Part shown: positions 57,901 through 64,000 of the stretch, one piece after another
Layout: each line of letters begins with the position of its first letter
Position numbering within the stretch: the stretch's first letter is position 1
Assembly (NCBI GenBank): GCA_017499595.2
Contig: CM039004.1
Span: 372,001-436,000 of the forward strand
Source of the DNA: Psilocybe cubensis
Lineage: Eukaryota
Direction: 5' to 3'
DNA: 64,000 nt
The notes under the pieces: model-generated
Databases searched by the model: none
Seen by the model: the letters and a program-made list of their open reading frames with translations, nothing else
What the model was told of the DNA's origin: nothing
Position numbers and translations under genes: made by a program

Positions 57901-59358
57901 TGTTATTGCTCTTTGCTTTTCTATTGTTTAAACTCACAACCCGCTATCTGTTCTCCATTACGCACACATAGGCAATGTATATATACGCTGCACGGTCACC
58001 GATCCACGATCCGCGCGATGCGTATGGTGGATGGGACACCGCTCGCTATCACCGCGTCGCGCGACGGTACAATGCGCGTCTGGGACGTGCGCCGTGGGTG
58101 TGCGGTGCGGGTGCTGGAAGGTCATGAGGATAGCGTGAGGTGTTTGGAGGTCGCGATTGATTTTGTTATGGCTGATGATGGGGATGATGGTGGGGTCGAT
58201 GGGGAAAATGAGAGAGGGGATGGAGGAGGAGGGGAGAAAAAGAAGGTGAGGGTGAGGGCGGTGAGTGGGAGCTACGATCGTACATTAAGGGTGCGTGCTG
58301 TTCAACGCTTTTCACGTCATATTTTAGACTTTTCTTATATTCATTGGATGTATGTGGATGGGTTGCTGATGCTTTGTCCTCATTTTTGGTTTATAGCTAT
58401 GGGACATTAGCACAGGCAAGTGCATCCATGTTCTTCGTGGGCATCTCCACCAGGTGTACTGCGTCGCGTTCGACGGCGTGCGTATCGCGTCCGGTGGGCT
58501 CGATACAACGATTCGGATATGGAATGCAGAGACAGGGTGCGTTTCTTAGTCTTTCTTTCTTACTCGCCTTTGTGTCTCTCTTGCTCTGCCCTTACCTTAC
58601 GCCCCAGTCAATGTACGGCACTGCTGCAAGGCCACACCGCCCTCGTGTGTGAGCTTCGGCTCGTTTCTTCTCCCCCTCCCCCTCCGTCTCTGCCGAGAAA
58701 GCAAGCACATTCACAGCCGCTCCTCATCAGCGCCTCAGCAGCGGGCGCACTCATAGCGTTCGACCTCGGGACGTTGCGCGCACGGTACACGCTTCCAGGC
58801 GCGCATCGTGGGTCTGTAACTGCGCTGCAGGTGGTGGAGGTGCATCCACCTTGGATGCCTGCTTCGTCGTCGGTGTCGGACTCGGACTTGGAGCTTGGCG
58901 GCTTGGATTCGAGTTTGGCTGCTCCGTCTGCAACTGCACCTATAGAAATTGAGCAAGAACAAGGTCAAATTGATGACCATAATCCCTCGCACAACTCATT
59001 GCATCCATATCTCCTCACCGCAGGAACTGATGGCCTCGCGCAGCTTTTCTGCCTGCAAACAGGAGAGTTTATCCGCGTTCTCAGCGGCGATGGTGCTCCT
59101 GGGGGTGGTAGTGGTGGTAGGAGTGCCAGTGGTATTGGAAGTCATCTCAGTACTGGTGGTAATGGAAGCAATGGAGACAATGGTGGTAGAGGCAACAGGG
59201 GCGCTGCTCAAAACGATACGGTGTGGAAGGCAGGCGCTGGTGGCGGGACGGGCGCGGAGACTTGTGCGATCATGTGTCGGCGTGGTACGAAGACGGTCGT
59301 GGAGATTTGGGGTATGGGTGTTAAGGCTGAACGGGTAGCGAGGACAGGGAGGGGCTAA
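54922..59358 (+). CDS. F-box/WD40 protein (Cdc4/Fbw7-like SCF substrate adaptor) with large low-complexity insertions
   Basis: F-box [16 protein letters not shown]...[18 protein letters not shown] blades [57 protein letters not shown] and [14 protein letters not shown]. Confidence 0.9.
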
Positions 59359-60081
59359 AGGAGATGGAGGAGGAATGCATCGAATTATTCATGGCTTTTG
59401 GCATGTTCTGCATTCAGCTTTTCAATATGACACTCATGCAACTTGAAGTTGTATTTCTGTTAGCGGAACGGCTGAATTCCAACTTTCAGGTCTCCCGCGT
59501 GCGCAACCCGCAGCTACGCTGTAAATGGCCGCCGCGTTCGCGAATAGTCACCGGTAGTGCTTGAAAGTGTATGGTCATTGTCGTGTCACCTATCCCAGGC
59601 TTGCCAGTAATGGAGTAAGTCGAGTAAGTCTGGTCTAAGCAAGTAAGAACTCAGCTGAACTCAGGTCATACTACAACGGTTCTCTTCGCTTCATGACCAA
59701 TGGTTAGCCTGCCAGGCCGTAGGAAAGGTGACCGAGATATCTAATCCTGCTGGCACTTAAGGTCTGTACCGATTTTGCATACGACAAATGCCCCCATATA
59801 TGCCCATGCGCCTGACACTAGAATTGCAAGTTGCGCTACCTGGGTGACCTAGAATAAGTGCTGAGTACGTCCGAGAAGTGTTGTTGACGTTGTATCGCAG
59901 CTTCGAGTGTCGAGAATCGAGTCTGCTCGGACTGTCCCGTAGCAGCTTCACGCCAAGAATGCCTTGTTCCGCGACGATAATAATATTCCTCGCCGTTGGA
60001 ATGAACTACGTACGACAAATGGTGATCTAACAGTAATGGGAATAGCTGCTATGACTTGTATCGGAGGCATGCAGGTGCCGG

Positions 60082-60089
60082 TATAAAAG
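60082..60089 (+). promoter_or_regulatory. TATA box of Cys-rich secreted gene copy 1 (conserved at ~62075 in copy 2)
   Basis: ggtataaaaggcgaaaaaaa is present ~80-95 bp upstream of both ATGs. Confidence 0.6.
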
Positions 60090-60161
60090 GCGAAAAAAAC
60101 CGTGCAGAGTTTAGCGACAACCACTAAACTTGATTTTCCACTTCAGGATTATCTCCTAAAT

Positions 60162-60734
60162 ATGCGTTCAAATTTGTTCCCCATGCGCATCCTCTCTGCC
60201 GTTGTATTAAGCGCTGCGTTCCTTGCATCTGCGCATATGACAGAAACCCAGGATGTAAACTCACCAGCGTAAATACATCGCAAGGTTAGGCTGTCTATAC
60301 TATAGCTCACAATCTGCCCCCGCAGTGCTCACGCAGTCGCTGGAAACAACGATATCGACAGCGCCACCGACGAACACACGCTGCACTCCGCGAAGTTCCA
60401 CCACGACATACAAGCAGCACAAAGATGTCCTGAGGGACTCACACAATGCCTCCAAGACTGCAACCGGTTCGACCCTACCAGCCATCAAGACGGCGAGACG
60501 GGTGCGTGGCTCGGGTGCCGTGCCTCCTGTAGCTTGCTCTGCACCCCAGAGCGAGGGGGCTGCTACAAAGGGTACTGCTGGGCCGGATGCGCGACCGGAT
60601 TCCCCCTCTTTGAGGGATATGAGTGGTGCTACACGACGAAGAGCTACAGCCAGAGCTATCAGTATGTTACGTGCCGCAGCGATGCTGAGTGTAATGTCAC
60701 TTGGAAGTGCGCGGGGCCGTGCGCCGCGTTTTAA
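60162..60734 (+). CDS. Small secreted 14-Cys protein with Tha p 2-like C-terminal domain, copy 1 (171 aa; intron 60269-60325)
   Basis: Signal peptide MRSNLFPMRILSAVVLSAAFLASA. Mature region CPEGLTQCLQDC...CRASCSLLC...GGCYKGYCWAGC...EWCYTTKSYSQSYQYVTCRSDAECNVTWKCAGPCAAF. Confidence 0.88.
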
Positions 60735-61450
60735 AAGAATAATTGGGTAACATTTGGGCGTGAATGGAAACGGTATATTGTAACTTTTTATTGTGTCTTG
60801 GTCAAATTTTTCTTGAATATTGCATATAAAAACAATTTTGTCAAATGACTTGGAACTGCGCGCTTGCCACCAGTTAGGGGTATGACACCATCATGTGACT
60901 TACGCGTCTAGACCTGTTCCCACGATATATGACACAGTGTCTTTTCCGGCGAGAGTTTGAAAGTACTCTTTGTTTGAGGACGTCTTGTAGCCTCAAAATC
61001 TAGGCCGCCCGGGTGCATCAAATTAGCCGATCAGTTTGGATACTATAATACAATCGCATGCATGTCCCAACCCCTCTGCGCTCCCTCCCCCTGTATCCCG
61101 GCACCTAATGGGACGCCTACGAGATCAAGAAACTCATTATTGCTGCACATTTGATTTGGTGAAGACCATCTCTTTTACTATAGTAATTGGTTTTTCCAAA
61201 GAACCTGGTCATTAATCGGTCAAATTGCCTGTTTATATTATGATACTATTAACCTAGTTGTCATGATCCACAAAGTGAAGGTAGTTGGCCAGATAGTTAT
61301 ATGTAGTAGTATACCAAACACATTACGACGTAACATGGAGATATAGAATCCTTTTTGAGAAAACCGATAGAAAGGTTTCTAGAGGATAAATCGATACAAT
61401 GTTAGCAACTTTGTTGAACAATCACTATTTCACCTTGAGTTAGATTGAGA

Positions 61451-62994
61451 TACTCATGCCACTTGAAGTTGTATTTGTGTTAGCGGAACGGTTGAAAGGT
61501 TGAAAGTGATCATTTTTTAGCCTTCAACATGGTCGTGTTTGCGAATAGTGACCGGTAGTTGTTGAAATCGAACTGCCTTCGATGTGTCACATTATCCTAG
61601 GCCTGCCAGTAATGAAGTAAGTCTGGTCTAAGAAAGTAAGAAATCAGCTGAGCTCAGGTCATAACTCAAAGGTTCTCTTCGCTTCATAACCAATGGTAAC
61701 CAATGGTCAGCCTGCCAGGACGCAGGCAAGGTGGCCAAGATATCTGGAACCTAAATTCTATATCGATATTCCAGACGGCAGAGAACCTACATATGTCCCT
61801 GCGCCTGACACTAGAATCGCAGGTCGCGCTACCCGGGTGACCTAGAATAAGTGCTGAGCCCGCCCGAGAAGTGTTGGTGACGTTGAATCGCAGCTTCCAA
61901 TGTCGAAAATCGAATCTGTTCGGATTGTTCCGTAGCAGCTTCGAGCCAAGAATTCCTTGTTCCGCCATGATAATGATAGTCCTGACCGTTGGCTCAAACT
62001 ACGTACGACAAATACTGATCTAACGGTAATGAGAATATCTGCTATGATTTGTCTCGGAGGCGTGAAGTTGCAGGTATAAAAGGCGAAAAAAAAACGGGCA
62101 GAGTGCAGCAAACAGCTTCGCTTGCTTTCTACCTCACCACTCCTCTGTTAAATTGAAGCAATTGACACTATGCGCGCAACTTTCTTCTCCATGCGTATTG
62201 TCTCTGCCATTGTTTTGAGCGCCGGGCTCCTTGCATCTGCACACACCATGGAATCCCAGGAAACAAGCTCACAAGCGTATGTACATTGCAAGATTATTTC
62301 TTTGGCACCTATATCTCACAATCCGCCCCACAGTGCTCACTCCATCGCCGGAAACAGCGACATGAACGGTGTAACTGACGAACACACACTACACTCCGCC
62401 AAGTTCCGTCGCGACACACAGGCAGCACAGAGCTGCCCCGAGGGACTTTCGCAGTGCCTTATCGGATGTAGCCAGTTTGACCCTACCAACTATCAGGACG
62501 GCGACTCCGGGGCGTGGGCAGGATGCCGTGCCTCCTGCAGCTTGCTTTGCAGCCCGGCGCGCGGGGGCTGCTACAAAGGATACTGTTGGGCCGGATGCGC
62601 CACTGGAGTCCCTCTCGTTGAGGGATCCGAGTGGTGCTATACGACGAAGAGCTACAGTCAGAGTTATCAATATGTTGGGTGCCACAGCGATGCTGAGTGC
62701 AATGTCAATTGGAAGTGCGCGGGGCCGTGCGCCGCGTTTTGAAAGAGTAATTGGGGAACAGTGGGGCGCGTGTGAGAAGGGTTTTGTCACTTTATGTCGT
62801 GAATGGGTAAAATTGGCTCTGAAAAACTGTGTGTAAAAACAAAAATGTAACAAAGTATTGAATTTTGTCAAACAAGGACTGCTGAATGCTTTGCGCGCTT
62901 GCCACCAGTTAGGGGTATGACACCGTCATGTGACTTACGCGTCTAGCCCTGTTCCCACGGTTTGCGACATGTATCTTCCCGCCGAGAGTTCGAA
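61451..62994 (+). repeat. Segmental duplication, copy 2
   Basis: Colinear with 59431-60961 in both non-coding and coding parts. Confidence 0.92.
62170..62742 (+). CDS. Small secreted 14-Cys protein with Tha p 2-like C-terminal domain, copy 2 (171 aa if the 57-bp intron 62277-62333 is spliced)
   Basis: Paralog of 60162-60734 with the same intron position and all 14 Cys. KFRR dibasic site before the Cys-rich region. Confidence 0.88.
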   Translation: MRATFFSMRIVSAIVLSAGLLASAHTMESQETSSQAYVHCKIISLAPISHNPPHSAHSIAGNSDMNGVTDEHTLHSAKFRRDTQAAQSCPEGLSQCLIGCSQFDPTNYQDGDSGAWAGCRASCSLLCSPARGGCYKGYCWAGCATGVPLVEGSEWCYTTKSYSQSYQYVGCHSDAECNVNWKCAGPCAAF

Positions 62995-63790
62995 TAGTGC
63001 CGACTTGGTGGCCGAATAAGCGCCAAGGTACCTCCAGGGTACCTCCCCCTGTCATTGTTCCCTTCCGCCATGGCTCTTATCAAATATGCGAATAATCGCG
63101 CGCACCCGTCTTTCCCAGTGTCGACGAGACGCCGTCGATCCTCCCGCCTGTGCCCTTTTAGACCATCTGTTGCACGGCGTACTTGTAGCAAAGAAACGGT
63201 CCCCTGAGGCTGACGCGCACAACTTTGTCCCAGGCTTTCTTGTCATCTAGTCAGCATAGCGCATCGCGTAACTATCCGAGATAAGCCATCTTATAATTGC
63301 AGCAATTCTAGACGGCATTAGCTCACGGTTTATCAGGCCATTTTTATGGCAACCCCAACATTCGCTACCATCTGACATGTTACGGATAATCAGTTACGCG
63401 TCGATGCCTCGATGCAGCAGACCGGTCTCAAACAGCAAGCAAGTATTACGTGTCCGACGTGCACTTATGACAGACGTTTACAAACACAGGGGGAGCACTC
63501 ACAACGTCGAAGCCACCAAGGTCCTCCACGCTTCTATTTACCAGTTCTACCACCTCTTTCTCCACCGATACGTCCCCAGGGACCACCACCGCCCTGCACC
63601 TGATTCTTTCCACAATCTCCGAGCTCACTCCCTCTATCTGCATTTGGTTGGAGGGAAGGTCGTTTATGCCGAGGTCGTAGTCGTCAGTAGCAATGTTGTA
63701 GCTCGGCCGATCCCGCGCGCGGCACCTGTGACGACTGCCACCCGCGGGCACGCGAGGTGTTGTCTCAGCGGGAATCGGAACGCCTGGTCT
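62995..63790 (-). pseudogene. Short-chain dehydrogenase/reductase (acetoin/diacetyl reductase-like) pseudogene
   Basis: RVAVVTGAARGIGRA, frameshift, then IATDDYDLGINDLPS...GDVSVEKEV..LV..SVEDLGGFDV, then MVANVGV with an apparent further frameshift, then RGPFLCYKYAVQQMV*KGTGGRI (in-frame stop), then GAYSATKS (YxxxK). Homology is lost at ~62995. The 5' limit is approximate. Confidence 0.85.
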
Positions 63791-64000
63791 TGAAATCCCG
63801 CGTAAGCCGAGCGTGATTGTAGTAGAAATCATCGCCCTGGTTCCTGAAGGTAGGCTAGCTCTTGGATATAAGGCAAAACGGGCGCGATAAATATATTTAT
63901 CATCATCATTAATGCTTTGCTTCTATGCAGGGCGTCTGTGCGATACTTATTACAATCGCGGGGACGCAAAACCAGTTGGAATTAAACGAAATCATCCCTC

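Larger units (their letters stand above)
59431..60961 (+). repeat. Segmental duplication, copy 1 (upstream region + Cys-rich secreted gene + downstream region)
   Basis: Colinear with ~61451-62994 from actcatgc.acttgaagttgtattt through gcgcgcttgccaccagttaggggtatgacacc...gagagtt.gaa. The offset is ~2.0 kb. Confidence 0.92.

Noticed and set aside
59757-61968. Similar minus-strand ORFs (…SALILGHPGSATC.SSVRR…) upstream of both Cys-rich genes
   Set aside because: Their similarity is explained by the DNA duplication itself. Starts and stops differ and no domain is recognisable.

Overview
Intron-rich fungal DNA, most likely an agaric (Agaricomycete) basidiomycete, judged from short GT-AG introns and the gene families present; I cannot name the species. 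I can support about 20 protein-coding genes, one tRNA-Ile(AAT) gene, one SDR pseudogene, several foldback/MITE-like repeats and a roughly 1.5-kb segmental duplication. Recognisable genes: a Zn2Cys6 transcription factor, an AA5_1 copper-radical oxidase, VPS10/PEP1, an O-methyltransferase divergent from a FAD phenol monooxygenase, two AA3_2 GMC oxidoreductases, a RIM2-like carrier, an S28 peptidase, RPC25 and an F-box/WD40 protein. The most unusual items are: (1) a tandem pair at 12.8-16.4 kb, in which a protein with an MLKL/Cbl-N-like helical bundle, a Cbl-type EF-hand and a CheY-like receiver domain precedes a DUF4238 protein, a candidate fungal immune/cell-death module; (2) two duplicated secreted 14-Cys proteins whose C-terminal domain closely resembles the moth setae allergen Tha p 2 as I recall it; (3) a five-exon secreted repeat-peptide (KEP-like) precursor missed by the ORF track, next to a stanniocalcin-like gene. 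Family calls come from reading motifs by eye, with no database searches. Exon boundaries were inferred manually.
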